DNA of 64,000 nucleotides. It comes from Myxine glutinosa. Lineage: Eukaryota. The notes beneath the pieces were generated by a model. It had not been told where the DNA came from. It did no database searches and saw only the letters and a program-made list of their open reading frames with translations. A program made the translations under genes and the position numbers. Positions 47,763 through 60,073 of the stretch are shown piece after piece. The stretch is taken from NCBI RefSeq assembly GCF_040869285.1, contig NC_090432.1; one strand, given 5' to 3'. The first letter of the stretch is position 1. Each line of letters opens with the position of its first letter.

Positions 47763-49845
47763 TTTATATACTGAATCGAGGCTCGTGAAAGAGCTAACAT
47801 TTACTTCACAAACAAATCAACCAGACAAACAAAATATATAAAAAGAGGGAGCGGAAAACAAGATGGGGAGAGAAGGGGAAGCACACAAACACAACATTTG
47901 AGAGCAGGGAGATGTGTGGAAGGGAGAGGGCTTGGGGGGAGGAGGCGTGGGAAGGGGGAGGGGGGGGGGGGAGGGAGAAGTATAAAACACAAGGACACCA
48001 AGGACTTCCAGGACAGAAGTTGGTATTTCAAAAAAGTGGAATTGGGGTGAAATTAGCGGGGGTAGAAAAGATCAAGGTTTTGGATGGGGGAAGATAAGAG
48101 ATGGTGGTGAACAGCTCTTTTAAAGACCTGGAGGGTGGAGTGGGATTGAAGAGAGTGAGGGAGTTTGTTCCAGAGGCGGGAGAAAAGAGGAATGAAGGAG
48201 TGAAGGTGAGCAGAGAGTCTTGATTTTGGCAGTTTGACCATAAGAGAGTTGCAGGCAGATCTTGTGCGACCTGTAGGAATATTTGCGGGACAGAGCCCAG
48301 AGAGAGCTGGGGGGGCAAGGCCAGAGAGGAGTCGGTAGAAGACGGAAAGACCACCAACCTGCCTGCGGTGAGTGAGTGAGAGGCCCTTGGAGTTGGCTTC
48401 ATCGCGGGAGATTCCAATGATTCTGAATGCTTTGGTTTCAACAGCGTGAAGACGAGCTAGGTGTGAGGCAGGAGCACCAGCCCAGAGGGGAGAGCAGTAT
48501 TCCATTGAGCTGCGGATCAAAGCCTTGTATGTGGTGAGGAGCTCAGGTGTGCCAAGGAATGACTTCGCACGACGGAGGATGCCCAGTCGGCGACTGGCTT
48601 TGGAGGCCAGATTTGAAATGTGTTTTTCCCAGGAAAGATCATAGCAGATAGTGAGACCCAAAAGCTTGAGTGACAGAACTTCTTGGAGAGGATTATTCAG
48701 AAAGTGGATGGGAGGGTTGTCCAGTCGGTCTTTTCGGAGAGACATCGTAAGAGTGTGAGATTTGTCAGGATTGAAAGACATGTTCCACTTGTTTGCCCAG
48801 TCTGTGATTTTGTCCATGTCTGCAGAGAGTGAGGAGGCTGCAGACTGCCGATCTGAGGGATGAAGAATGGAGCGACAGAGAGTAGGGTCATCAGCAAAGA
48901 GATACAGAGGATTTTCAAGAGAGTCAGAGAGATCATTGATGAAGACCAGAAAAAGCACGGGGCCCAGAACACTGCCTTGTGGAACTCCAGCCTGAACAGG
49001 AAGAGGAGATGAGAGAAACCCATTCAGGGCCACACGTTGACTACGACTAGAGAGGAAGTCCGCCAGCCATGCGTGGAGATTTCCATGGATACCAAAAGAG
49101 GAGAGTTTGGTGAGCAGAGCGGGGTGCCAGACCGTATCGAAGGCACGTGATATGTCAAGGGAGACTGCTCTAATTTCCTGTTTGGCATTGAGGACCTCCA
49201 TCCATTGTTGAGAAAGCAGAAGCAGCATGTCCAGAGTAGAGTGTCCAGGTCTGAAACCAAATTGATGATCAGAGATCAAGCCATTGGAGAAGAGGAAAGA
49301 TTTCATATCTGAAGCAATGATGGATTCCATGACTTTGCTGATAATTGGGAGAAGGCTGATTGGTCTGTAGTTGCTGGGATCTGTTTTTGCACCTTTTTTG
49401 TGCAAAGCGGTGATGTTGGCAGATTTCCAAGCAGATGGAAGATGACCTTGAGCAAAAGAGAAGGTGAAGAGAACAGAGAGAGGGAGTGAAAGAGCGGAAG
49501 AACAGGATTTTAGGACCCATGGGCTGATGCCGTCAGGTCCAGTTGCAGAATCCGAGTCGAGGGTTGACAGAAACTTTTCCACCTTGTCAGGAGGAAAGGA
49601 CACAGAGTCCAGGAGCAGCTGGGTACGGTGGGTACAGAGAGGGATGGGTTTGGGACACAAGATTTAGAGGCAAACATAGAGTTGAGGCATTCAGCTTTTT
49701 CACGTGCGGAGTCAGCCGTGTGGCCATTTGAGGTGAGGGAGGGGATGGAGGGGGAACAAACACCAGAAACATATTTGACCAGACGCCACCAGGATTTGGA
49801 AGAGGGAGACAGATAAGAGACTTTTACTTTTAGACTTTTACTCAC
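47763..49845 (-). mobile_element. 5'-truncated family-B CR1-like LINE (antisense)
   Basis: The tail begins at 47763 (reverse complement: GCTCTTTCACGAGCCTCGATTCAGTATAT followed by A's). The RT ORF is 48053-49660 (535 aa), with an upstream ORF to 49845. Confidence 0.8.
48053..49660 (-). CDS. Reverse transcriptase ORF of family-B LINE copy
   Basis: About 95% identical at protein level to the ORF at 10866-12848. Confidence 0.75.
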   Translation of the reverse strand: MCPKPIPLCTHRTQLLLDSVSFPPDKVEKFLSTLDSDSATGPDGISPWVLKSCSSALSLPLSVLFTFSFAQGHLPSAWKSANITALHKKGAKTDPSNYRPISLLPIISKVMESIIASDMKSFLFSNGLISDHQFGFRPGHSTLDMLLLLSQQWMEVLNAKQEIRAVSLDISRAFDTVWHPALLTKLSSFGIHGNLHAWLADFLSSRSQRVALNGFLSSPLPVQAGVPQGSVLGPVLFLVFINDLSDSLENPLYLFADDPTLCRSILHPSDRQSAASSLSADMDKITDWANKWNMSFNPDKSHTLTMSLRKDRLDNPPIHFLNNPLQEVLSLKLLGLTICYDLSWEKHISNLASKASRRLGILRRAKSFLGTPELLTTYKALIRSSMEYCSPLWAGAPASHLARLHAVETKAFRIIGISRDEANSKGLSLTHRRQVGGLSVFYRLLSGLAPPALSGLCPANIPTGRTRSACNSLMVKLPKSRLSAHLHSFIPLFSRLWNKLPHSLQSHSTLQVFKRAVHHHLLSSPIQNLDLFYPR

Positions 49846-49980
49846 GGCCGTAGAAGATTGACTACTATAATTCAGCTCAGCTTTTAATTGCGAAATGGGC
49901 CCAGCCTGGCCAAGGCGGCCTCGACCGGCCTCACCACCTAGCCCATAACCTTCCCGGGGCCCATCCCGACATTTTTTGTT
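49846..49980. repeat. Right copy of the flanking direct repeat
   Basis: See 47600-47762. Confidence 0.7.
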
Positions 49981-50983
49981 TCAGAGGCTTCCTTCTATCT
50001 TTCACCGTTCAGGAGATTAGCACATGCAGACAAACAAGCAAACAAAAACTTTATTTTATATACATAATAAATTAAGCGAAACCTTTACCTCCGTTTGGCA
50101 CACTCGTCCATTTCAACGACATGGTTTTATTTCAAATTAAACAACCTTTACCTCCACCTCTTCAGATTGTTTGGTAACTGGTAAAACCCTAATGAGGGAA
50201 TGCTCCCAGTTGCTGTTGTTGTTTAGCCCCGGACAGTTCTCTCAAACAAGCCCACGGCATGGATACAGCCAATCAATCTCCCATGAGCGACCCAGAGGTC
50301 CCCCATATCCAGGATGGTGTACTCCCGCCTTCACGGTCAGGGCCATGACAGAGTTAGAGAGCGAAAGGAGACAAGAGGGAAAGGGCCGGTCCATGGGGAC
50401 CGATCGGCACTCTGACCGTGACCATGCTGCCCTGACAAGTCTGGGCAGCAGGTACGAAGGGGAAGATTTGGCCCAGACTTGCATTGGAGGATACAACCAC
50501 CATGTAGAGGCATCCCCGACAGTTGCCTCTCCCAGTTGTATAAATGCAGTCTGTTACGTAGTTTATATGCAACGTGTTTTTAGTGATAAAATGTCATCGC
50601 GTGGCGAGTTGAGTCTCTACAATATGATGAAAAAGAAAACAAAGATGGCGGATCTAGCCCAGTTCCATTCCAGAATTTCCCAAATAAACACACGTGACAT
50701 TTATACTTCGGTACTATTTGCCTCGTTTTTCAGCCTGTCAGCTTTGTCATATTTTATCATCGCCTGCATCCGGGATGTTCCTCAAAGTTAGAATCCTATT
50801 GACAGAAAAAATCATATTCAACATGCTATTAATGGCCTAACCAATCATGCAAATCTAAATAAAAGCTCATCAAGGAGCAATAATATCTTTGGAGAAATGA
50901 ATCATGATATTTCAATACTACAGGAGAGCCAATTAAAACAAAAGACTGCAACAGAATTAATAATGACCGAGGGAAAAACTGAC

Positions 50984-51113
50984 CAGTAGGTAATGGGGCG
51001 AAGCAACAACAATTCATTCTCTGGCCATTTCCAGGGATTGTGGTGAGTTCCAGACCCTGGATCGACCACATACGCAGCTCACCATCTGCTCCACTGGTCA
51101 CCAAGTAGTCCAT
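50984..51113 (-). CDS. WD40-repeat gene coding exon (boundaries tentative)
   Basis: The acceptor is tgtttgttcaag and the donor is CTG|gtcagt. The exon encodes (M)DYLVTSGADGELRMWSIQGLELTTIPGNGQRM.... Confidence 0.45.
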
Positions 51114-52140
51114 CTTGAACAAACAGGAAGGTTAAAGAGGAAGTTATGGCCACAAGTCCCAAGATCACACAACATTTGCTAAACCCCCTTTTTACCAAAT
51201 GATAAACTGCTCAAAACACATTTTTAGGTCTTATCTCGATTTTCAAAGAGATGAACTTATAAAATGGGTTGTGATGTTCAGATGTCTGTCTGGTCGTCCG
51301 TTCATTAATTTTTTTGCTATTTTTGCTCCTGCTCCCTTATCACCCGGCGGATTGTTCTGAAACTGGACAAATGACTACAAGGCAGTAGGTCACACAATCG
51401 CTCGGGCTTCAATTTTACGATATTGCATCATGGTGGCTCCCTGGGGGAAGATGCAGAGGGTGGGGAGGGAATTGCCCCCTGAAACTTTCGATCCCTACTT
51501 CCGATCTTCCGATCCCCCCCCCCAAAAAAAAAAAAAACACACTGTCCTACCTGAGCTCCAATTCATGCTCATTTGTACTCTTTTCTCTCTTCAATCCCAT
51601 CTTGGGAATGATCTGTTTAACAGCATACATTTGAAATTTTCCACTTCCACCTTACCTACGTTCTTATCCAACTGTTCGCAATCCTTTGTTCAACCTTTTC
51701 ACATCACTCCACTGTGAGTCCAAAAACTTTCTATCCTCAATCATTCATGTATTCCATAAAGGATGAAATAAATATGAAATAAACATGACATTGATTGAGG
51801 TATGCTAATCGTTGTGGGAAACAAGGGAGAAACTGGAGTTTGGGGCATTAACCCTTCGTCGGAGCAAAAAAAAAACAACTGAAGCATCAGCTTCTCCTTG
51901 CTATGGCGGTTCGCATACTTCAAATCAACGTCCTGTTAATTGCACCCATTGTTCGACCCGTCTACCGACGCAGGTCGACACTACCCTTCACCAGCAAGAA
52001 GAGTTATTCATTCTACATCTATTCCACAATCATAGAAGCATTGACTTCGAAGAAGTAAAACTAGTCCTTAAAACAGCAATTTCATATTTTGGAAGCCTGC
52101 GGGCAGGGTCAGCTATCCTCAGATGTAGCCAATTGAACCA

Positions 52141-52400
52141 CCTTTAGAGGCCATTTTTCCCTGCAAAGCAGGGGTTGGCCTTTTTTGGGCACCGTGGTCC
52201 CATTTTTGAAGCAATGTTTTATGGCCGGATGCCCTTCCTGCCACCAACCCTGTTGGTCACCTCTTGTGACACACAGGGAATTACCAGTGTCCTGGTACTC
52301 AATTTGCCGACCTCGGAAGGATGACAGGCTGAGTCAACCCCCCTGGCGTTAATTCAGCGATCAATTGGCGTTAATTCAGCGATCAATTGGCGTTAATTCA
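52141..52400 (-). mobile_element. SINE copy (antisense), head-truncated with local triplication
   Basis: It starts CACCTTTAGAGGCCATTTTTCCC. The 3' part is replaced by three tandem copies of GCGTTAATTCAGCGATCAATTG. Confidence 0.7.
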
Positions 52401-52467
52401 GCCAATTGGAAGAAGATAATTTAAAATAAAGGGGGGCGTGGGTGGATGCTGAAATAGTTAAACTTAC

Positions 52468-52575
52468 CTGACAGTCAACGGATGTCACAGCTGCCTGATG
52501 ACCCTGCAATTCTCGCTCCAGTTCTCCTGATGATGCATCCCAAATCTTCACCGTATGATCATTGGAGCAAGTTAT
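52468..52575 (-). CDS. WD40-repeat gene coding exon
   Basis: The acceptor is ttccatag and the donor is CAG|gtaagt. The exon encodes ITCSNDHTVKIWDASSGELERELQGHQAAVTSVDCQ. Confidence 0.65.
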
Positions 52576-52911
52576 CTATGGAATAGAAAACATGAAACAG
52601 GTCGAAATGCAAATTGGTTATAATGAACTATTCTACGAGTACCTTCCAGTAATCTTACTAATCAGCACCTTGTTTAAAGGATTGCAAAAAAAAGAAGATC
52701 ATAGGAAGACTGTGTATGCCAGAGCAGAAGATGGTGCATAGAGTTTGGCATTATGGTCACAGTGGAGCGATTTTAAAAAAGAAAAACATGCTCTCAAGTT
52801 CACGAAAGAGGACATTTTGTCAAAGCTTCAAGGAAAAATATCAAAAAGCCGACGCTTCAAACTCAAAAGGATACAAGCAAAATATGCAGCCTTAAAAGGA
52901 GAATAAAGAAC

Positions 52912-53200
52912 CACCTTTAGAGGCCATTTTTCCCCGCAGAGCAGGGGTTGGCCTTTTTCGGGCACCGTCGTCCCCTTTTTTGAAGCAATGTTTTATGGCC
53001 GGATGCCCTTCCTGCCGCCAACCCTGTTAGTCGCCTCTTGCAACACACAGGGAATTACCAGTGAACCGGTACTCAATTTGCCGACCTCGGAAGGATGACA
53101 GGCTGAGTCAACCCCCCTGGTGTTAATTCAGCGATCGACCGGGATTCGAACCCAGGATCCTGGGATCCCAAGCCCTAACCGCTAAGCCAACACCAGGCTA
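52912..53200 (-). mobile_element. tRNA-derived SINE copy (antisense), tail type II
   Basis: It runs from CACCTTTAGAGGCCATTTTTCCCCGCAGAGCAGGGG to ...GCTAAGCCAACACCAGGCT. Confidence 0.8.
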
Positions 53201-53559
53201 GCCTTAAAAGGAGAATGTTCTTAATATATTTACCAGCCAGTGTTTTATCACATGTAAAACAGACCAAAAGATTACAAATATTTGCCCCAATACCAATACT
53301 GCAAATAAATAAATAAATAATGGATCGCTGCACAACGTTGTCCACGTTACCACTGCCACTTAGACTATCGCCCCAATTATTTGCACATCATGGGGTCGGC
53401 CGGGAAATGTTTTGGCCTAAGTGTTTCAGGAAAAGTTCACCCCAGCCTGTTCAACTGAAGGGGGCAGCAATTTGTAATTTGCTCAGGGTTCTGGCATTAA
53501 CTCAAGTACTCTTCGCAAAAACACCCCATTGGATCTTTGACATCCACCAACAATCAGCA

Positions 53560-53625
53560 CACCATCAATCAGCACACCATCAATCAGCACACCATCAATC
53601 AGCACACCAACAATCCGATGGACGA
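53560..53625. repeat. 15-bp tandem repeat (CAATCAGCACACCAT x about 4.5)
   Basis: Seen directly. Confidence 0.85.
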
Positions 53626-54481
53626 CGCACACATCGCTAAATCACCCTGCATGCAAAGCAAGGTTTATAGCTGGGTCGAGATTCGAACCCAGGCTCGACA
53701 ATGAAAGGTGAGTGGTGGATAATTACAAGCCATCCTGACAGTACTGCATGGGGTCATTCCATCTTACTATAATTCACCAAATGTCCATCCGTCCGTTCAA
53801 AGGTACCGCAAAAACGGCTCAACCGATCGCAATGATATTTTGGGTGGGTATTCCTGGTACTCTTGGAATAAAATAGGCTATATTATTTTTACAAGTTTTC
53901 CAATTTTCCAGTTTTTCCAAACATGATGGAATAATATTTACCGATATGAACAGTGGTGTGGCTTTTGTTGAAATTCTACAAATACTGTTTATTCTACATA
54001 CCAGGAGAGTAGATCGACTCCTGACGAACTCTTCCGATATAAACATGCGACTCCGAAGTAACACAGCAGCGTGTGCAAAGCGACTGAGAAACAGGTGTAG
54101 CGGCCGCTTCCGTGTTACAGATTCGGCACGCACTCTTCACACATAAACGTGCGACTGAGAAAGACGTGTAGTGGCCACTTCTGTTTTGCAGAATTCAATC
54201 TTTTTTCAATTTGGGCGCCATGTACCGTTTAGATTTTGATGATTTGCGTGCGATATGATTCAACGGATGTTTATATGAATCGTTTAAAATAAAAAAGCCT
54301 TCAATTTCTGATATTTTGCCTTTTCATTTGGGCTTCACAATTGAAGCCCCGTCCACAAGGCAGGTACCATTGCTCGTACAAGTAATTTGAGAGAACTTCA
54401 TCTGGCCAAAATCTGACCACAGAATGGAATAATTGACTGGTTAGTTGTTAAAAATGCATAGAATGAGCTTTTGCATTTGTT

Positions 54482-54868
54482 TCAACTGAAAAAACACAAA
54501 GTAAAAAATTCAATCAAAAAAATTAAGTGATTAATTTCTCCCCCTCCCCCCTTCTGTCTGGCCACTCTGCCATAAAGCCCAGATCGGTGGAGTGTTGCAG
54601 TGATGGTTGTCCTTCTGAAAGTTTCTCCCATCTCCACACAGGATCTCTGGAACTCAGCCAGAATGACCATCGGGTTCTTGGTCACCTCTCTTACCAAGGC
54701 CCTTCTCCCCCGATTGCTCAGTTTGGCCGGGCGGCCAGCTCTAGGAAGAGTCCTGGTTGTTCCAAACTTCTTCCATTTAAGAATTATGGAGGCCACTGTG
54801 CTCTTGGGAACCTTCAATGCAGGATAAAAAATTTTTGTAGGCTTCCCCAGATCTGTGCCTCGACACAA
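54482..54868 (-). pseudogene. N-terminal (HTH) fragment of a third, diverged Tc1-like transposase
   Basis: ...IILKWKKFGTTRTLPRAGRPAKLSNRGRRALVREVTKNPMV...ATLHRSGLYGRVARQK. No IRs were identified nearby. Confidence 0.55.
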
Positions 54869-55765
54869 TCCAGTCTCTGAGCTCTGCAGGCAGTTTCTTC
54901 GACCTCATGGCTTGGTTTTTGCTCTGATATGCATTGTCAGCTGTGAGACCTTATATCGACAGGTGTGTGCTTTTCCAAATCATGTCCAATCAATTGAATT
55001 TACCACAGGTGGACTCCAATCAAGGGGTAGAAACATCTCATAGACTATCAAGATAAATGGGAGGAACCTGAGCTAAATTTCAAGTGTCATAGCAAAGGGT
55101 ATGAATACTTATGTCAATGTGATATTTCAGTTTTTTCTTTAATAAATTTGCAAAACTTTCTAAAATCCTGTTTTCTCTTTTTCATTATGCGGTATTGAGT
55201 GTAGATTGATGAGGGAAAAAATGAATATAAACGATTTCAGCATAAGGCTGCAACATAACAAAATGTGAAAAAGTGAAGGAGTCTGAATACTTTCTGAATG
55301 CACTATATCCTTGGTCAGTCCGCTACCCCTCGCAGGGGTCTCAAGCTTTGTTGGCCTGCTCAAAAATGCCTTGAGAACAGGCCGTAATGGTTTCTGCATG
55401 ATTAAGTGATCAAAATGTTTGTTTTTTTCACTTTCCTCACTCACATCGTCAAATGTCTGATCTTCATGCCTATGAATCGTTGTATACATCACTATTATAG
55501 GTATGACAATTTTTAAATTACGAGCTTCCAGCGATTTTACGCATTATATGATGTAATTTGCCATGATGGCCAATCACTGACTAAAGTAAATAATCGAAGT
55601 TCTGTGGTTTTTAAAGAAAACGGGAAATCCATATAGTATTGCGGATTACATAAAGGCTCATTCGTTCAGCGATTATGTCTGGACTCTTCAAGCCCATTAT
55701 TAGTAATGTTCAATGGTTCAATGAATTATTGGTAACTAGCAGAAGTACCCGGCATTGCCGGGCGG

Positions 55766-56443
55766 GGGAGGGGAGGGGGAAGGGGAGGGAGGAAAACGGG
55801 GGGAGGGGAGGAGGGGGCGGAGGGGAGAAGAGGGGGGGGGAGAAGAGGGGGGGGAGAAGAGGGGGGGGAGGAGAGAAGAGGGGAGAGAGGGGAGGAGAAG
55901 GGGGGAGGGGAGGAGAGGGGGGAGGGTGATGGGGGAGGGGAGGGGGAAGGTAGGGGAGGGAGGGGGAAGGGGAGGGGAGGGGGAGGGGGGAGGGGAGAAG
56001 AGAGGGGAGGGGAGAAGAGAGGGGAGGATAGAAGAGGGGGAGGGGAGGGGGAGGGGAGGGGGAGGGGGAGGGGAGGGGAAGAGGAGGGGAGGGGGGAGAG
56101 GAGGGGGGGAACGGAGGGGAGGAGAGGGGGGGAGGGGAGGAGGGGGAGGAGAGGGGGGGGAGGGGGGAGGGGAGAAGAGGGGGGGGAAGTACCCGGCATT
56201 GCCGGGCGGGGAAGAGGAGGGGAGGGGAACGGGGGGGAGGGGAGAAGAGGGGGGAGGGGAGGAGAGGGGGGGAGGGGAGAAGAGGTGGGGGAAGTACCCG
56301 GCATTCCGTGTATAAACGTGAGGGAGAAGAGGGGGGAGGGGGAGGAGGGAGGGGGGGGGAGAGGGGGGAGGGAGGGGGGGGAGAGGGGGGAGGGGGAGGA
56401 GGGAGGGGGGGAGGGGAAGAGAGGGGGGGAGGGGAGGGGGGAC
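55766..56443. repeat. About 680-bp purine (GGGAGG/GAGAAG)n low-complexity tract with three embedded copies of GAAGTACCCGGCATTGCCGGGCGGG
   Basis: Almost pure G/A on the + strand. The embedded motif occurs at about 55742, 56187 and 56288. Confidence 0.85.
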
Positions 56444-56447
56444 GGCG

Positions 56448-56960
56448 AGCGAATCGTCGAATCAGCGCGCTGCTCTGCCACCGGCTCAGATTCCGTGTAT
56501 AATATTCCTCGCTGAAAAAAATATGGATCTAAAGATGAAAAAAAAAAAACCTATGTGATGTGAATGGCAATGTTCCTCGCTGAAATGTGAAAAAACGCAA
56601 TCGCGCGGCAAGGAACATCACGTGATCGCTCTGAGCGATCGATTGCAACTCTGCGTCGTGTCGTGGGCGTGGCAAACGTGGCCTCATGCTCCCAGGTGAT
56701 TGGCTAACTCGAGCTCGAGAGAGCCATAATGCGCGACGTTATGGCAAAAAATATGGATCTAAAGATGAAAGGGAAAAAAACCTATGTGGTGTGAATGGCA
56801 ATGTTCGTCGCTGAAATGTGAAAAAACGGAATCGTTTTTCGCTCTGAAATACGTGCGAACGCGTAACTGAGTTAATGGCAGCAAGGAACATCACGTGATC
56901 GCTCTGAGCGAATCAGCACGCTGCTCTGCCATTCTGGTCATAATATGCCTCGCTGAAATG
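56448..56960. repeat. About 230-bp tandem repeat, about 2.2 units
   Basis: The unit contains ...AATATGGATCTAAAGATGAAA...AACCTATGTG.TGTGAATGGCAATGTTC.TCGCTGAAATGTGAAAAAACG.AATCG...GCAAGGAACATCACGTGATCGCTCTGAGCGA...CGCTGCTCTGCCA.... Confidence 0.75.
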
Positions 56961-57096
56961 CGCTGAGGTAAAAATATGGTTTAAAAATATTATGAAATAA
57001 ATTTTTAGGTCGACCATGTTCTTCCCAGGCTCAATGGCCATGTTTGTGCCAAATATCAAGTACGTGAGCCTCTCCGTTTAGGAGTCTACCGGTAAC

Positions 57097-57232
<136 letters not shown>

Positions 57233-57641
57233 GTTTTATATCTACAGATGCTCATTAACCCAAGTTCCATTTATTGGTAATGGAACATACCTGCTCCCTC
57301 CTGCTCTGCCACCACCTCCTTCTCCTCGTCATTATTGGGAAAATCCCTCGGTGGATAAAATGAATGAGCTATTAAATGTAGGTAAGGTTCAGGTTATTTT
57401 TTATAGCTTGCTGATGGTTATCAGCACAGATTTTTTACGTACCACATATTTGGCATCCGGAGACCAGGCACAAGACGTAAGCCAGTCACGATGGGCCGAG
57501 ATAACATGAAACTGCAACACTGACTGCTGTATATCCCACACGCAAAGGCTCTACACACAGGGAAAGGTGCAAATAGATAAATAAAAACAATCGGTACAAA
57601 GTATCAAATACAGTATACACTTGTGCATCACCCATGCTCAC

Positions 57642-57799
57642 CATGTCCCTCCCACCCGTAAGCAGTAGGACACCATTGGGACTGAAGCGGCAGCATGTCA
57701 CAGCATCCGCATGCTTGTGGAGTTCAGCATATGGAGTGAGTGGGGAACTTCCCGGCTGGTCCAATGCATGCGTGAGCCACATTCTCACCTTTCCATCCA
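57642..57799 (-). CDS. WD40-repeat gene coding exon
   Basis: The acceptor is tttgcacag and the donor is ATG|gtgagc. The exon encodes DGKVRMWLTHALDQPGSSPLTPYAELHKHADAVTCCRFSPNGVLLLTGGRDM. Confidence 0.55.
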
Positions 57800-58024
57800 C
57801 TGTGCAAAAATATACACCTAATGCTTTGTTCAGGTAAACAAACTGGAAATTTTAAAAGTAGTTGGTGGCACAAAATACATTTTTCATTCACTGCAGAAAT
57901 TGATACTCGAAATACAAAACAATAATCAAAACGAACCAAGATACAGGAAAAAAAAAACAAGAAATCACACTTTAGCCCATTACATGTTGGTATTTTGCCC
58001 AGAAAGAAGAATCGATCATTACAC

Positions 58025-58156
58025 CTGTGCCAGAAGCGACATGAGTCTTGGATGTGGAAAGGGCGAGGACAGAAACACGATCAACGTCAAGTTCGTTGAT
58101 AATGGTCACAGTGGTTGGGCTTGTCCGAAACACTATAATCCGTCCATCTTCAACAC
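58025..58156 (-). CDS. WD40-repeat gene coding exon (acceptor tentative)
   Basis: The acceptor is aattgcag and the donor is CAG|gtgtaa. The exon encodes VEDGRIIVFRTSPTTVTIINELDVDRVSVLALSTSKTHVASGTG. Confidence 0.5.
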
Positions 58157-58636
58157 CTGCAATTAGCAGGCCATTTGCTAGCCAAGCCATGGCCAGGATT
58201 GCACGGCGTTGCCTTGGTGCTCGTACTGCTGTGCCTGGTCAAATCCACGGGAAGGAAGGACGTCAGGAGATATTGACGAATAAGCATCCTCAACAAGACT
58301 CACTAAAACACGGAGTCATTCGTCTCCAACTGATAACTTTGCACCTGCAGCTTGAGATAAGTTTAGAAAATCGAACAAAAGACCTGACACAGACAGTGAC
58401 TCGATAATTTGGGATCTGAAACAAGACAACAAAGTAATCCATGCAAAATAATTATATACAAAGAGCATGCTGAAAAGTAATTACTATTATAACTCTCCAA
58501 AGCAGGTAAATATATATGAATAAAACAGTGTTGTTCTTAGTTAGTTCTTCCCACCACTGGGAGCGAAATTTCGTGATTCTAACATTGGCCGTCTCAGTGC
58601 TACATTAGTCAAGATGGCAGTGCTGTGAAGCGTGAA

Positions 58637-60073
58637 GCACTGGAGATGAGTCGGGATGACCGACTGGAGATGCCATTCGGGATGACCGACTGGAGATGCC
58701 ATTCGGGATGACCGACTGGAGATGCCATTCGGGATGACCGACTGGAGATGCCATTCGGGATGACCGACTGGAGATGCCATTCGGGATGACCGACTGGAGA
58801 TGCCATTCGGGATGACCGACTGGAGATGCCATTCGGGATGACCGACTGGAGATGCCATTCGGGATGACCGACTGGAGATGCCATTCGGGATGACCGACTG
58901 GAGATGCCATTCGGGATGACCGACTGGAGATGCCATTCGGGATGACCGACTGGAGATGCCATTCGGGATGACCGACTGGAGATGCCATTCGGGATGACCG
59001 ACTGGAGATGCCATTCGGGATGACCGACTGGAGATGCCATTCGGGATGACCGACTGGAGATGCCATTCGGGATGACCGACTGGAGATGCCATTCGGGATG
59101 ACCGACTGGAGATGCCATTCGGGATGACCGACTGGAGATGCCATTCGGGATGACCGACTGGAGATGCCATTCGGGATGACCGACTGGAGATGCCATTCGG
59201 GATGACCGACTGGAGATGCCATTCGGGATGACCGACTGGAGATGCCATTCGGGATGACCGACTGGAGATGCCATTCGGGATGACCGACTGGAGATGCCAT
59301 TCGGGATGACCGACTGGAGATGCCATTCGGGATGACCGACTGGAGATGCCATTCGGGATGACCGACTGGAGATGCCATTCGGGATGACCGACTGGAGATG
59401 CCATTCGGGATGACCGACTGGAGATGCCATTCGGGATGACCGACTGGAGATGCCATTCGGGATGACCGACTGGAGATGCCATTCGGGATGACCGACTGGA
59501 GATGCCATTCGGGATGACCGACTGGAGATGCCATTCGGGATGACCGACTGGAGATGCGATTCGGGATGACCGACTGGAGATGCGATTCGGGATGACCGAC
59601 TGGAGATGCGATTCGGGATGACCGACTGGAGATGAGATTCACGATGACCGACTGGAGATGAGATTCACGATGACCGACTGGAGATGAGATTCACGATGAC
59701 CGACTGGAGATGCGATTCGGGATGACCGACTGGAGATGCGATTCGGGATGACCGACTGGAGATGCGATTCGGGATGACCGACTGGAGATGCGATTCGGGA
59801 TGACCGACTGGAGATGCGATTCGGGATGACCGACTGGAGATGCGATTCGGGATGACCGACTGGAGATGCGATTCGGGATGACCGACTGGAGATGCGATTC
59901 GGGATGACCGACTGGAGATGCGATTCGGGATGACCGACTGGAGATGCGATTCGGGATGACCGACTGGAGATGCGATTCGGGATGACCGACTGGAGATGCG
60001 ATTCGGGATGACCGACTGGAGATGCGATTCGGGATGACCGACTGGAGATTAAAATTGGGATGACTGACTGACG
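58637..60073. repeat. 26-bp minisatellite, about 54 units, with variant sub-blocks
   Basis: The unit is GGGATGACCGACTGGAGATGCCATTC. Variant ...GATGCGATTC units occupy 59540-60050 and ...GATGAGATTCACG units 59625-59700. The 78-bp periodicity creates long artefactual ORFs on the minus strand. Confidence 0.95.

Noticed and set aside
55726-56481. 251-aa proline/serine-rich ORF (minus) and Gly/Glu-rich ORFs (plus)
   Set aside because: These are reading frames through the (GGGAGG)n purine tract, which is low-complexity and not coding.
58541-59642. Three long minus-strand ORFs (299-345 aa) with perfect 26-aa periodicity
   Set aside because: They are a translation artefact of the 26-bp minisatellite. 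Three units make 78 bp, so the frame is preserved. There are no start or stop context and no splice signals, and the region is intronic.
58637-60073. Possible CRISPR array (regular short direct repeats)
   Set aside because: The units are contiguous with no unique spacers, and the context is eukaryotic with introns, SINEs and LINEs. It is a minisatellite.
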